The notes: generated from the letters alone by a model not told the origin. Positions 19,806 through 29,622 are shown, numbered from the stretch's first letter. The stretch is 64,000 bases of DNA from Alphaproteobacteria bacterium (GCA_965214705.1 OZ243972.1:3392001-3456000); one strand, 5' to 3'. Numbers and translations are program-made.

Positions 19806-21512
19806 CTACCTTTGCGACGCGTCGTAGCCGTACACCTCCCGCGCGCGGCCTTCGGTCAGGTAGCCGTTCCTGATGTCGTCGGCGATGGCGTGCCGCGGCC
19901 GCTCCTTCGGGTCGCCATAGCCGCCGCCGTTGCCGGTGACGATGCGCACCACGTCCCCCTGACCCAGCCCAAAGTTCGTTACTTCCGCATGGCGCTCGAC
20001 GGTTCCGTCGGTGCGACGGATCTCGACGTAGTTGGGCGAGCCGTCGCGCCCGCCGGCAAGCCCCCAGGGTGGGAAGCGCGAGCGGGTGTAGAAGCAGGTG
20101 AGGAAGCCGTCTTGCGCGCGCACGCGGTAGTCGGCGCGAATTCCTTTTCCGCCCCGCTCGCGGCCTTCGCCGCCGGGGTCCGGGTTGAGCTCCAGCCGAT
20201 CCACGAACAGGCCGTTGCGCGCCTCGTTGATCTCGGCCGGGCAGTTGAACGTGAGGCCGTGAAAGCCCGAGAACACGGCGCTCGATCCGTCGCCCGCCGG
20301 ATGCCCGCCCCAGCCGCCGAGCTGGGGCTCCACGATCGTATATGGCCGGCCGGTGTCCGGGTGAATGCCGCCGAGCACGGTGGCGCACATGGAGGCGTGG
20401 TGGCCGGCCGGCAGCATCTCCGGCAGGTGGCTCGCGAGGCAGCGCCACAGCAGGTCGTAGAGCCTGAGCACGGTCTCGTAGTAGACGCCGTGAGCCGCCG
20501 GCTCCTCGGGGTCGAAGACCGTGCCCTTCTTCGTGAAGAACTGCAGCGGCCGGAAGTTGCCGCCGTTGCAGATCGGCCGCGGGTCCGACACCGCCTTCAG
20601 CAGAAGCTGGGCGGCGAGCAGCGAGGCGTCCCGGCTGATGTTGTAGGGGCCGGGCTCCGGCGGGTTGTCGCGCACGTCCACGATAAACGTGTCGTCGCGG
20701 ATCTCGATCGTGCAGCCGTAGACCAGCCCGGAATCCTGCTCCTCCTTGTACGTGAAGCGCCCCTTCGGCAGCTCCTTCAGCGCCTCGCGGGTCATGCGCT
20801 CGCCATAGTCGAGATAGCGCTCGATCGCTTCGCGGAAGATCGGCGCGCCGTACTTGCGCACGACCCCCTCCAGCCTGCGCGCGCCCACGCGCACCGCCGC
20901 GATGCCCGCCCACAGGTCGCCCTCGAGGAAGTCCGGCATGCGCGAGTTGATCTTCATCACTTCGATGAGGGGCTCGTTGGGCTCGCTCTTGGCGACGATC
21001 TTGACGCCGGGCAGGCGCAGGCCCTCCTGGAAGATCTCGGTTGCGGTCGGCGCCATGGAGCCGGGAACCATGCCGCCCACATCGTTCCAGTGCGCGATGT
21101 CGGCCGTCCACGCCACGATCTCGCCGTCGACGAAGACGGGCATGAGGAAGGCCACGTCGTTGAGGTGCGTGACGCCGCCATTATAGGGGTCGTTGGTGAC
21201 GAAGACGTCGCCAGGCTCGATCTCGATCCCTTCGGCCTCGCACTTGCGGATCATGAACAGAACCGCTTTGTCCAGGCCGGCCACGAAGAGCGGAATGCCC
21301 GCGCCTGCGCTCGCGAGATTGCCCTTCGGGTCCACGATTGCGGTTCCCATGTCGAGAACCTCGTAGATGATCGCGCTCATCGCGGTCTTGCGCATGGCGA
21401 CGAACATCTCGTCGCAGATCGCCTGCAGCGCGTTCTGGATGATCTCGATCGTGAAGGGATCGTGTTGCTCGGTGACGCCGAGACTCGTGTCGTGCGACGG
21501 CTGAGTGGCCAT
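19806..21512 (-). CDS. hyuB: Hydantoinase/oxoprolinase B subunit (second copy)
   Basis: DPFTIEIIQNAL, NDPYNGGVTHLND, HWNDVGGMVPGS, TGNGGGYGDP; GGAG before ATG 21512. Confidence 0.9.
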   Translation of the reverse strand: MATQPSHDTSLGVTEQHDPFTIEIIQNALQAICDEMFVAMRKTAMSAIIYEVLDMGTAIVDPKGNLASAGAGIPLFVAGLDKAVLFMIRKCEAEGIEIEPGDVFVTNDPYNGGVTHLNDVAFLMPVFVDGEIVAWTADIAHWNDVGGMVPGSMAPTATEIFQEGLRLPGVKIVAKSEPNEPLIEVMKINSRMPDFLEGDLWAGIAAVRVGARRLEGVVRKYGAPIFREAIERYLDYGERMTREALKELPKGRFTYKEEQDSGLVYGCTIEIRDDTFIVDVRDNPPEPGPYNISRDASLLAAQLLLKAVSDPRPICNGGNFRPLQFFTKKGTVFDPEEPAAHGVYYETVLRLYDLLWRCLASHLPEMLPAGHHASMCATVLGGIHPDTGRPYTIVEPQLGGWGGHPAGDGSSAVFSGFHGLTFNCPAEINEARNGLFVDRLELNPDPGGEGRERGGKGIRADYRVRAQDGFLTCFYTRSRFPPWGLAGGRDGSPNYVEIRRTDGTVERHAEVTNFGLGQGDVVRIVTGNGGGYGDPKERPRHAIADDIRNGYLTEGRAREVYGYDASQR

Positions 21513-21525
21513 GCGACCGTCTCCG

Positions 21526-23607
21526 TTATCCCTGGCGGACATGTAGAATTACGTTCCCGAATCTGTCGATGGCCGCGTCATCGCCAGGGCGGACGACGAT
21601 GGTTGCGCCGGCTTCCTCGATGATGGCGGGCCCGTCGAACCTCATGCCGGGCTCCAGCATAGCGCCGTCGTAGAGGGTGGCCTCGTGCCGGCCCTCGAGG
21701 TCGAAGTCGACCATGCGGCGGCCCTTCTCGGCATCGGCGAGGTCTCGGCCTTGCACGGGCTTCTCGACCAGCGCGAGCTTGCCGACCTCCGCCTGTCCGA
21801 CGAGATGGAGGCCGACCACCTCCACCGCTGTATCGAGGCGGTAGGTGTACTCGCGTTCGTAATTGGTCTCGAAGCGTTCTCTGACAGCGGTGAGGTTCCC
21901 GCCGGTGACGCCTTCATCCGGCAGCAGCACTTCCGCAGAGTGCTCCTGGTTGCGGTAGCGGAAGCGGGCGAGGCGAACGAAGGTGACGCCGCCGGTATCG
22001 AACCCCTCCGCATCGAACTGGGCCAGCGCCTGGCGCTCCATGAGGTCGAAGGCGTCGCCCAGCGCTGCCGGCGCGTCCTCGTCAAGATCGCAAAGGAAGG
22101 TCCTGAAGTAGTCGCGCCGCAGGTCCGACATGACCATGCCCCAGGCCGCGAAGACCGCGGATTCCGCTGGAATGATCACCTTCTCGATCTGCAGCTCGGC
22201 GGCGAGCGCGCTCGCGTGCATGCCGCCGCCGCCGCCGAAGGCGAGCAGCGTGAAGTCGCGCGGATCATGGCCGCGGTTGAGCGAGACCAGCTTCAGCGCG
22301 TTGATCATATTGTGATTGGCGATGCGGACGATCCCGCGCGCCGCCTCCTCGCGCGAGACCCCGAGCACGCCCGCGAGGGTGTCGAGCGCGCTGTTCACGG
22401 CCGCCATGTCGGCTGTGATCGCGCCGCCGCAGAAGTAGTCGGCGTTGATTCTGCCGAGCGCCAGGTTCGCATCTGTGGTGGTGGGCTCGCTGCCGCCCTT
22501 GGCGTACGCGACGGGGCCGGGGTCGGCGCCGGCGCTGCGCGGCCCGACGTGGAGCCGGCCGAGATGATCGACCCAGGCGATGGACCCGCCGCCATTGCCG
22601 ATCTCCACCAGGTCCACCACCGGCACCAGGATCGGGTAGCCAGCGCTCTCCCGGTCGCGCTCGATCCAGTAGTCGGAGATGATCGTCACGTGCCCGCCTT
22701 CGACGAGCGAGCACTTGGCGGTGGTGCCGCCGATGTCGAGCGCCAGCACGTTGGGCTCGCCCAACAGGCGGCCGAGTTCCGCCGCTCCCCACACGCCGCT
22801 CGCCGGCCCCGATTCCACCATCTTGATCGGCGTCTCGCGGGTCGCGTCCACGGTGTCGACGCCGCAGTTCGACTGCATGATGTAGAGCTGGCCGCCGAAC
22901 TCGCTGGCCTCCAGGGTCTGGTTGAGCTTGGACAGGTAGCGATCGGCGGCAGGCTTAACGTAGGCCGAGAGGACAGCCGTGTTGGTCCGCTCGTACTCCC
23001 GCCACTGGCGCGTGATCTGGTGGGACGCCACGGCGGAAAGTTCAGGCGCCAGGCGTTGCACCGCCGCCAGCGTCTCGGCCTCGTGGGCGTCGTTCGCATA
23101 AGAATGCAGCAGGCAGATGGCAACGGCCTCGACCTCCGCCGCCCGCAGGGCGTCCACGATCTCCGGTAGGCCAGAGAGGTCGAGCAGCTGCAGCTCGTCG
23201 CCCGCGTAGCTGATGCGGCCGGGGACTTCGAAGCGCAGATAGCGCGGCACGAAGGGCGGCGGCTTGCGGTAAGTCAGGTCGAAATAGTTGGGGCGGTCGC
23301 CGCGTGCGATCTCGAGCACGTCGCGAAAGCCCTCGGTCGTGATGAGCGCCGTCCGCGCGCCCTTGCGCTCGGTCACGGCGTTGATGACCACCGTGGTCCC
23401 GTGCGCGAGAAAGGCGATGTCGGCAAACGCGACGTCCGACTTCTTCAGGACCTCGAAGACGCCCCGCTCGTAGTCGGGCGGGGTTGTGTCGACCTTGGCG
23501 GTCCGCACGGTTTGATGGCCGGTTTTCGGATCGGCCTCGAAGCACACGAGGTCGGTGAAGGTTCCGCCCACGTCGGTTGCGACTCTCACATTTCCTCGTG
23601 CCGTCAC
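21526..23607 (-). CDS. hyuA: Hydantoinase/oxoprolinase A subunit (second copy)
   Basis: TDVGGTFTD, HGTTVVINA, REYERTNT, ESGPASG, DIGGTTAKCS, GNGGGSIA; start uncertain (GTG 23607 chosen). Confidence 0.9.
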   Translation of the reverse strand: MTARGNVRVATDVGGTFTDLVCFEADPKTGHQTVRTAKVDTTPPDYERGVFEVLKKSDVAFADIAFLAHGTTVVINAVTERKGARTALITTEGFRDVLEIARGDRPNYFDLTYRKPPPFVPRYLRFEVPGRISYAGDELQLLDLSGLPEIVDALRAAEVEAVAICLLHSYANDAHEAETLAAVQRLAPELSAVASHQITRQWREYERTNTAVLSAYVKPAADRYLSKLNQTLEASEFGGQLYIMQSNCGVDTVDATRETPIKMVESGPASGVWGAAELGRLLGEPNVLALDIGGTTAKCSLVEGGHVTIISDYWIERDRESAGYPILVPVVDLVEIGNGGGSIAWVDHLGRLHVGPRSAGADPGPVAYAKGGSEPTTTDANLALGRINADYFCGGAITADMAAVNSALDTLAGVLGVSREEAARGIVRIANHNMINALKLVSLNRGHDPRDFTLLAFGGGGGMHASALAAELQIEKVIIPAESAVFAAWGMVMSDLRRDYFRTFLCDLDEDAPAALGDAFDLMERQALAQFDAEGFDTGGVTFVRLARFRYRNQEHSAEVLLPDEGVTGGNLTAVRERFETNYEREYTYRLDTAVEVVGLHLVGQAEVGKLALVEKPVQGRDLADAEKGRRMVDFDLEGRHEATLYDGAMLEPGMRFDGPAIIEEAGATIVVRPGDDAAIDRFGNVILHVRQG

Positions 23608-23852
23608 TGCTGCAGCGCCTGCCTTGTCGCGGTGTATTCCGCCATTCTCGACCCGTCGGGATGGGCTCGTCCATGTTGTCAAAATTCTCGGCGGTTTCAA
23701 ATGTTCGGGTGCGGGCACACACAGGACGGCATGCGATAATGTTGTGGACAGGGTGGAATGCCGCGCAACCCAATTGGGTCGCGGCCTTGCTGTCTGCGCA
23801 GTCGCGCTCACGTCAACAGGAGGGGCGGCGGCCGTGAGGTCGCCGCGAAGGC

Positions 23853-24827
23853 ATGGCGAACATTGGCTGGGATGCCCATAGCTGCGTTCCGCTGAAGGCG
23901 GACTACGACATCGTTTCGCTGAAACGGCATCGGAACGCCGGCTTCGATTTCGTCTCGATCAATGTGGGTATGGACATGACGCCGATTGCCGACGTCGTGT
24001 CCTTGATCGCGTCATTTCGCGCGCAGATCGCGCGCGAACCCGAATTCGTTGCCGCCTGTTCCATCGAGGATGTCCGCACGGCGGCGCAGCAGAACAAGCT
24101 CGCGGTCGGCTTCGATCTGGAGGGCTCGAAGCCGCTCTTGGCCAACCCCTCGATGGTTGCCCTCTACGCCGAGCTTGGCGTTCGGCAAATGCTCCTCGCC
24201 TACAACCGCGCCAACGAGGCCGCTGGTGGGTGCTACGAGGTCGACGCTTCCCTGACGGCACTCGGGGTAGAGTTCGTGCACGCCTGCGAGGAGGCGGGCA
24301 TCGTCGTCGACTGCTCCCACATGAACGAGCGGACTGCGATGCGGATTATGGAAATCGCAGAAAAGCCGACTGTCTTCAGCCACTCCAACGCGCGCATGCT
24401 GAACGGCAATCTGCGCAACATTACCGACGACATGATCGATGCGTGCGCCGCGCGCGGCGGCGTCATCGGCGTCAACGGCGTGAGCGCCTTCCTGCCCGGC
24501 GGCGAGGCCGAGGCCGACGCGATGATCCGGGTCATCGACTATCTGTCCGAGCGCGTGGGCACCCGGCACATTGGCGTCGGGTTAGACTACGTCTACGACT
24601 TGGAGTTGGAAGAGCTGCCGGAAGGGACGGATCCCGCCTACTGGTTCCCGCCGGAGTTCGGCTACGACGAAGGCTTCTACAAGAGCCTCGATTTCGTCTC
24701 ACCGGAAGCGGCCGGTGGTCTCAGTGTGCGGTTGGCGGCGCGCGGTTACGAAGCCGACGAAGTCGCGGCCATTATGGGAGGAAACTTCCTCCGCGTGGCT
24801 GAGCAATGTTGGAGCCAGCAACAATGA
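23853..24827 (+). CDS. Membrane (renal) dipeptidase, peptidase M19 family
   Basis: WDAHSC, FDLEG, GVRQMLLAYN, IVVDCSH, FSHSNAR, HIGVGLDY, IMGGNFLRV. Confidence 0.9.
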   Translation: MANIGWDAHSCVPLKADYDIVSLKRHRNAGFDFVSINVGMDMTPIADVVSLIASFRAQIAREPEFVAACSIEDVRTAAQQNKLAVGFDLEGSKPLLANPSMVALYAELGVRQMLLAYNRANEAAGGCYEVDASLTALGVEFVHACEEAGIVVDCSHMNERTAMRIMEIAEKPTVFSHSNARMLNGNLRNITDDMIDACAARGGVIGVNGVSAFLPGGEAEADAMIRVIDYLSERVGTRHIGVGLDYVYDLELEELPEGTDPAYWFPPEFGYDEGFYKSLDFVSPEAAGGLSVRLAARGYEADEVAAIMGGNFLRVAEQCWSQQQ

Positions 24828-24847
24828 ACGGGAGCGGACTATTGATC

Positions 24848-25027
24848 GGTGGGTGCCCCCTGCCGACGGCATCGCGATCTGCCACGGTGCTGGCGCATCG
24901 GACTACCTGAAGGAGGAGTCATCCGTCAAACGAACCAGCAATTTCGGGATCGATCTCGATAAGCGCCGCCTTCAGCCGCATGGGGTTCGGGCAAACGGAT
25001 CGGTTGTGTTCCACAAGATGGTGCTAA
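24848..25027 (+). pseudogene. IS110-family left end and degenerate transposase N-terminus
   Basis: GGAGGAG RBS is followed by GTC at 24925 where a start codon is expected, then KRTSNFGIDLDKRRLQPHGVRANGSVVFHKMVL, resembling the IS110 'IGIDLAKxxFQLHG...GxVVFRKKL' start. Interrupted by IS5; resumes briefly (RVEL*) after 26230. Confidence 0.65.
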
Positions 25028-26229
25028 GGAAGGTCTGATCAAGTCGGGTGTGCCATGATTTTCGTAGGAGTCGCAGATTGGATGATCGGGTCATGGCACA
25101 GGCGAGCTTTTCGGAACTGGAGCACGACTTGAAGAAGCGCCGGACGCGGCGCGAGCTGTTCCTGGAGAAGATGGACAAGCTGGTTCCCTGGGAGCGGCTG
25201 GAACGGCGGATCGAGCCGTTCTATCCGAAGGCGGGGCGCGGTCGGCGCCCGTACCCGCTTGCGGTGATGCTGCGCGTTCACTGCGTGCAGCTGTTCTACA
25301 ACCTGAGCGATCCGGGGATGGAGGACCTGCTCTACGAGGTGGAGTCGGTGCGGCGTTTCGTGGGGCTGCGGCTGGCGGAGGCGTTGCCTGACGAGACCAC
25401 CATCCTGAACTTCCGGCATCTTCTGGAGAAGCACGGCCTGGGCGAGGGTCTGTTCGAGGAGATCAATGCGCACCTGGCGTCGCGCGGCCATTGGCTGCGC
25501 ACGGGGACGATCGTTGACGCGAGCATCATCGAGGCGCCGTCGTCGACGAAGAACCGGCGCCGCGCACGGGACCCTGAGATGCGTCAGACGAGGAAGGGCA
25601 AGCAGTGGTATTTCGGGATGAAGGCGCACATCGGGGTGGACGCCGGGTCGGGTCTGGCACACAGCGTGGTGACGACGGCGGCCAACGCAAGCGACGTGAC
25701 GCAGGCGGGAGCGCTGCTGCATGGCGCTGAGACGACGGCGTGGGGCGACGCGGGCTACCAGGGGGTGGAGAAGCGGCCTGAGCACCGGGATGGCGGTGTC
25801 GAGTGGCGTGTGGCGATGAAGCCGGGGCGGCGCCGGCTGCTGGCCGGGGGTGGCGCCGAAGCGGCGGCCGAGACGCGCAAGGCGTCGGTGCGGGCGAAGG
25901 TGGAGCATCCGTTCCTGTACGTGAAGCGGCACTTCGGCTACGCCAAGGTGCGCTACCGGGGCGTGGCGAAGAACAGGCAGCGCATCGCGTTGCTGCTGGG
26001 GTTCTCGAACCTGCTGATCGCCGGCCGCTACGCGACGCAATGACAGGGGAGCAGTCCGCCCGCCGCCGGCGGGACGACGGGGAATGCGGCGGATCGACGC
26101 GGATATCGCCCGTTCGCTCCGTATCCCGCGACAAAAGCAGCCCCCGGCCTGCCGGCAATATCGTCGAGCTTCAAATCCAAGCCCCCTCTCCCCCTCGAAG
26201 CCGCCAAGATGGGGTTGTTCAGACTTTCC
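25028..26229 (+). mobile_element. Complete IS5-family (IS5 subgroup) element, 1202 bp
   Basis: IRs GGAAGGTCTGATCAA / revcomp GGAAAGTCTGAACAA; CTAA target duplication at 25024-25027 and 26230-26233. Confidence 0.93.
25093..26043 (+). CDS. IS5-family transposase
   Basis: RTRRELFLEKMDKLVPW, LPDETTILNFRHLLE, IVDASII, QWYFGMKAHIGVD, GDAGYQG, VRAKVEHPF. Confidence 0.95.
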   Translation: MAQASFSELEHDLKKRRTRRELFLEKMDKLVPWERLERRIEPFYPKAGRGRRPYPLAVMLRVHCVQLFYNLSDPGMEDLLYEVESVRRFVGLRLAEALPDETTILNFRHLLEKHGLGEGLFEEINAHLASRGHWLRTGTIVDASIIEAPSSTKNRRRARDPEMRQTRKGKQWYFGMKAHIGVDAGSGLAHSVVTTAANASDVTQAGALLHGAETTAWGDAGYQGVEKRPEHRDGGVEWRVAMKPGRRRLLAGGGAEAAAETRKASVRAKVEHPFLYVKRHFGYAKVRYRGVAKNRQRIALLLGFSNLLIAGRYATQ

Positions 26230-26323
26230 CTAAGAGTCGAACTCTGACCCCGCAGGATCCAGCCTGCAACAAAAGTGGGTTACGGTACCGATCGGCGGCA
26301 CTCCGATCTGCACTTACCCTCAC

Positions 26324-26378
26324 TGATCCTCCCCCATCGAACTGGTCCACCTTTAGGTTTGGGAAAGAGTAGGACTGA
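26324..26378 (+). mobile_element. Possible orphan IS3-family left end
   Basis: TGATCCTCCCCCATCGAACTGGTCCA...AGGACTGA resembles IS3/IS407-group left ends as I recall them; no orfA follows. Confidence 0.3.
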
Positions 26379-26626
26379 CCTGCTTCCTAGAATCCCGGCC
26401 ACGGGTAACCAGGGGATTCTCGGTTAGGTTTTCGATGGGTGTCGCGCCCGCTGAATGTCGCGCTCACCCTCGGCTGGAGCCTGACCGCTTCTCTGCGGCC
26501 CGACGTCGCCTTCGCGACGGCGGAGCCATTTTTGTTCACAATCCCCACGCACAGAAATTTTGGCCGGAGCCTCTTGACCCCGGCCTGATTGAAGTGCGTC
26601 GGAGGCGCGGATAGGAGCGCATCGAG

Positions 26627-26839
26627 TCAGTCGCTTGATTTGGCCCTACCACCATTCACCGCCAGCGCGATGGCCACACCGATGCGTTCAGCCCCGGCCT
26701 CGGTCTCGCGGTCGCCAACGTGTGCATAGCGCAGCGTCATGCTCGGCCGCTTGTGGCCGAGCAGGCGCGAGCCGACGGGCAACGGGATGCCCTGCAACAC
26801 GGCGTGGCTCGCGAATGAGTGGCAGAAGTCGTGTATAAT
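26627..26839 (-). pseudogene. Tyrosine integrase C-terminal fragment
   Basis: Minus-strand translation IHDFCHSFASHAVLQGIPLPVGSRLLGHKRPSMTLRYAHVGDRETEAGAERIG; the HxxR arginine is replaced by Cys and there is no N-terminal part. Not in the ORF track. Confidence 0.8.
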
Positions 26840-26936
26840 TCTGCAAACTGCGGCTGCTGGCGCCTGAGATGCGCTGAGGTATGATTAACCACTATATAAC
26901 AGCAGCTTGTGACAAGTCGTTTGGCAGATTCGGGGC

Positions 26937-26966
26937 TTGAATTCGGCAGGCGGTGCGGCTAATACT
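26937..26966 (+). promoter_or_regulatory. Candidate sigma70 promoter for the integrase pair
   Basis: TTGAAT-N17-TAATAC about 70 bp upstream of the integrase start. Confidence 0.35.
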
Positions 26967-27037
26967 GCCTCGTTCATCCGCCCGGTCGGTTCCTGCTTGC
27001 TACCGGATTTTCGACCGCCGAAAACCGCGAGTGCCGA

Positions 27038-28237
27038 ATGATGCCGAAACGGAATGCCATTCGGATTTCCAGGCGGTCGGTGGAACGCCTGACCGTCGAG
27101 CGCGGCGATGCGCTGTTCTGGGACCGCGACCTCACGGGCTTCGGCGTCAGGGTCTATGCGACCGGCCGCAAGGTCTACGTGGCCCAGACGCGGGGGCCGA
27201 CGGGCCGGTCCAGGCGCGTGCCCATCGGCGTGCACGGCGCCGTCGCGCCGGACGAGGCGCGCGGCGAGGCGGCGGCGGTCCTCGACCGCCTCGGGCGCGG
27301 CGAGGACCCGTTCCCGCCGGAGCCGGAGCCGGAACCGACGATGGCCGACCTGGCCGAGCGTTACGTCAAGGCCCACCTCGAAGTGAACTGCCGGCCGAAC
27401 ACGGTGAAGACGTGCCGGCGCGTGCTCGATCTCCACATCCTGCCGGCGCTGGGGCACCTGCCGGTGGCGTCGGTCGAGCGCTCCCATGTCGCGGAGCTCC
27501 ATTTCAGGATGCGGGACAAGCCCGCCCAGGCGAACCAGGCGGTGGAGGTTCTCTCCAAGATGTTCCGGCTCGCCGAGACCTGGCGCATGACGCCGCCGCG
27601 CCGCAGCCCGTGTCGGCGGATACGCGCCTACAAGAGGGTTCGCCGGGAGCGTTTCCTGACCCCGGAGGAGTATCGCCGCCTCGACCGCGTGCTGGACGAG
27701 GCGGAGGCGGCGGGCGGGTTCCTGCCGTCCGGCATCGCCGCGATCCGGCTGCTGCTGCTGACGGGCTGCCGCAAGAACGAGATCGTCACGCTCCGGTGGG
27801 ACGACATCGACCGCACCGCGGGCGAGATCCGGATTCGCGACGCCAAGACCGGCGCGCGGCGCGTCCCGCTGACGCGGGCGGTGGAGTTCGTGCTGGCCGG
27901 CATCCCGCGGATCGAGGGCAACCCGTGGGTCATCGTCGGGCAGAATCCGGGCGACCACCTGAAGAACCTCGACCAGATCTGGCTCAGGCTGCGCCCGCGC
28001 GCCGGGCTCGACGGCGTGCGCATTCACGATTGCCGACACAGTTACGCCTCCCGCGCGCTGGCGATCGGCGAGGGCCTGCCGATGATCGGCAAGCTGCTCG
28101 GGCACCGCAAGGTGACGACGACGGCGCGCTACGCGCATCTGGTGCGGGACACGGAGAGGGCCTCGGCGCACAAGGTCGGGCGCAGCATCGGCGGGGACAT
28201 TCTGGGCGGGAACGCGGACGACGCCCGCGCGGCCTGA
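27038..28237 (+). CDS. Tyrosine recombinase/integrase 1 with N-terminal arm-binding domain (DUF4102-like)
   Basis: FWDRDLTGFGVRV; catalytic TGCRKNE, DAKTG, IHDCRH, LLGH, TARYAH all intact. Confidence 0.93.
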   Translation: MMPKRNAIRISRRSVERLTVERGDALFWDRDLTGFGVRVYATGRKVYVAQTRGPTGRSRRVPIGVHGAVAPDEARGEAAAVLDRLGRGEDPFPPEPEPEPTMADLAERYVKAHLEVNCRPNTVKTCRRVLDLHILPALGHLPVASVERSHVAELHFRMRDKPAQANQAVEVLSKMFRLAETWRMTPPRRSPCRRIRAYKRVRRERFLTPEEYRRLDRVLDEAEAAGGFLPSGIAAIRLLLLTGCRKNEIVTLRWDDIDRTAGEIRIRDAKTGARRVPLTRAVEFVLAGIPRIEGNPWVIVGQNPGDHLKNLDQIWLRLRPRAGLDGVRIHDCRHSYASRALAIGEGLPMIGKLLGHRKVTTTARYAHLVRDTERASAHKVGRSIGGDILGGNADDARAA

Positions 28238-28269
28238 CGGGCGGCGCGCGGCGGAATCGGAGGACGGGC

Positions 28270-29460
28270 ATGGCCCGGTTCAGGACGAAGACGATATCGA
28301 AACGGACGGTCGACGCGCTGAAGGTGGACCGGGACACATTCTTCTGGGACAGCGAGCTCGCGGGCTTCGGGGTCCGGGTCCATCCCACGGGGCGGAAAGT
28401 CTACGTGGTGCAGACCCGGGCGGGCGGCGAGGCGGCGAAACGGGTGACGGTCGGCCGGCACGGCGTCATCACCGCCGAGGAGGCCCGGCGGCGCGCGGCG
28501 CAGATCATCTCGCGGATCAAGGCCGGCGAGGACCCGGTGCCGGAGCCGGCGGCGGTCAGGCTGGCCGCCAGCCCGACCGTGGGCGATCTGGCCCGGCGGT
28601 ATCTCGAGGAGCACGTCGCGGTGCGCTGCAAGCCGAAGACGGAGGCGACCTATCGGCTGGTGGTCGAGAAGCACATCCTGCCCCGGCTCGGCAAGCTCCC
28701 GGCGCTGGCCGTCGGGCACCGGGAGGTCACGGAGCTGCATCACGCGCTGCGCGCTACGCCGGTGATGGCGAACCACGTCGTCGATCTGCTGTCGCGCATC
28801 TACAACCTGGCGGAGGACCGGGGCGAGATCCCGGAGATGAGCAACCCCTGCCGCCTGGTCGCGAAGAACCGCGAGCGCAGCCGCGAGCGGTTCCTGACCG
28901 AGGAGGAGTTCCGGCGCCTCGGGCGGGTGCTGGACGAGGCGGAGACGAGCAAGGGGGTGTCGGCGCACGCCGTCGCGGCGATCCGGCTGCTGCTGCTGAC
29001 CGGCTGCCGCAAGGGCGAAATCCTGAACCTGCGGTGGGACCAGGTTGACCTGGAGGCCGGGGAACTGAACCTGCCCGACACCAAGACGGGGCCGCGCACG
29101 ATCGTGCTGTCGCCGGAGGCGGCGTCGGTGCTGCGGCGGATTCCCCGGCTGGCGGACAATCCGCATGTGATCCCGGGGAAGATCAGGGGCAGGCCGATGC
29201 GCAACCTGAACGACCCCTGGGAGATCGTCTGCGAGCGCGCCGGGCTCAAGGACATGCGGCTTCACGACTGCCGGCACTCTTACGCGTCCAGGGCGCTGGC
29301 GCTCGGCGAGAGCCTGCCGATGATCGGGCGCCTGCTCGGTCACACGCAGGTGGAAACCACGGCGCGGTATGCGCACCTGGCGCAGGATTCGGTGAAGGAG
29401 TCGGCGGACCGGGTGGCCGACAGCATTGCCGCCGATCTCCTTGCGAGGTACGCAGGCTGA
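28270..29460 (+). CDS. Tyrosine recombinase/integrase 2, paralogue of integrase 1
   Basis: GAGGA before ATG 28270; FWDSELAGFGVRV, TGCRKGE, DTKTG, LHDCRH, LLGH, TARYAH. Confidence 0.93.
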   Translation: MARFRTKTISKRTVDALKVDRDTFFWDSELAGFGVRVHPTGRKVYVVQTRAGGEAAKRVTVGRHGVITAEEARRRAAQIISRIKAGEDPVPEPAAVRLAASPTVGDLARRYLEEHVAVRCKPKTEATYRLVVEKHILPRLGKLPALAVGHREVTELHHALRATPVMANHVVDLLSRIYNLAEDRGEIPEMSNPCRLVAKNRERSRERFLTEEEFRRLGRVLDEAETSKGVSAHAVAAIRLLLLTGCRKGEILNLRWDQVDLEAGELNLPDTKTGPRTIVLSPEAASVLRRIPRLADNPHVIPGKIRGRPMRNLNDPWEIVCERAGLKDMRLHDCRHSYASRALALGESLPMIGRLLGHTQVETTARYAHLAQDSVKESADRVADSIAADLLARYAG

Positions 29461-29622
29461 AGAGGCCCGTGGATCGGTGTTCCCGATTACCTATCGGAGA
29501 GCGGATCCGGATCAATTTGAAGGCGGCGCATGCGTCCGCTGGGGTGCCAGCCGGGCGATTTGCACGGGGAAGCGTTCCGCGGGCGGCGGGGTTTTCCGCC
29601 AAGGGTCGAGGATGGCGGCGGC

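Noticed and set aside
26885-26912. dif/Xer site
   Set aside because: AT-rich centre, but the arms do not match XerC/XerD consensus convincingly.
26953-28269. 835-aa ORF appearing to extend integrase 2 over the whole of integrase 1
   Set aside because: The extension is Arg/Pro/Gly-rich shadow-frame sequence typical of very high GC DNA; integrase 2 has its own RBS and ATG at 28270.
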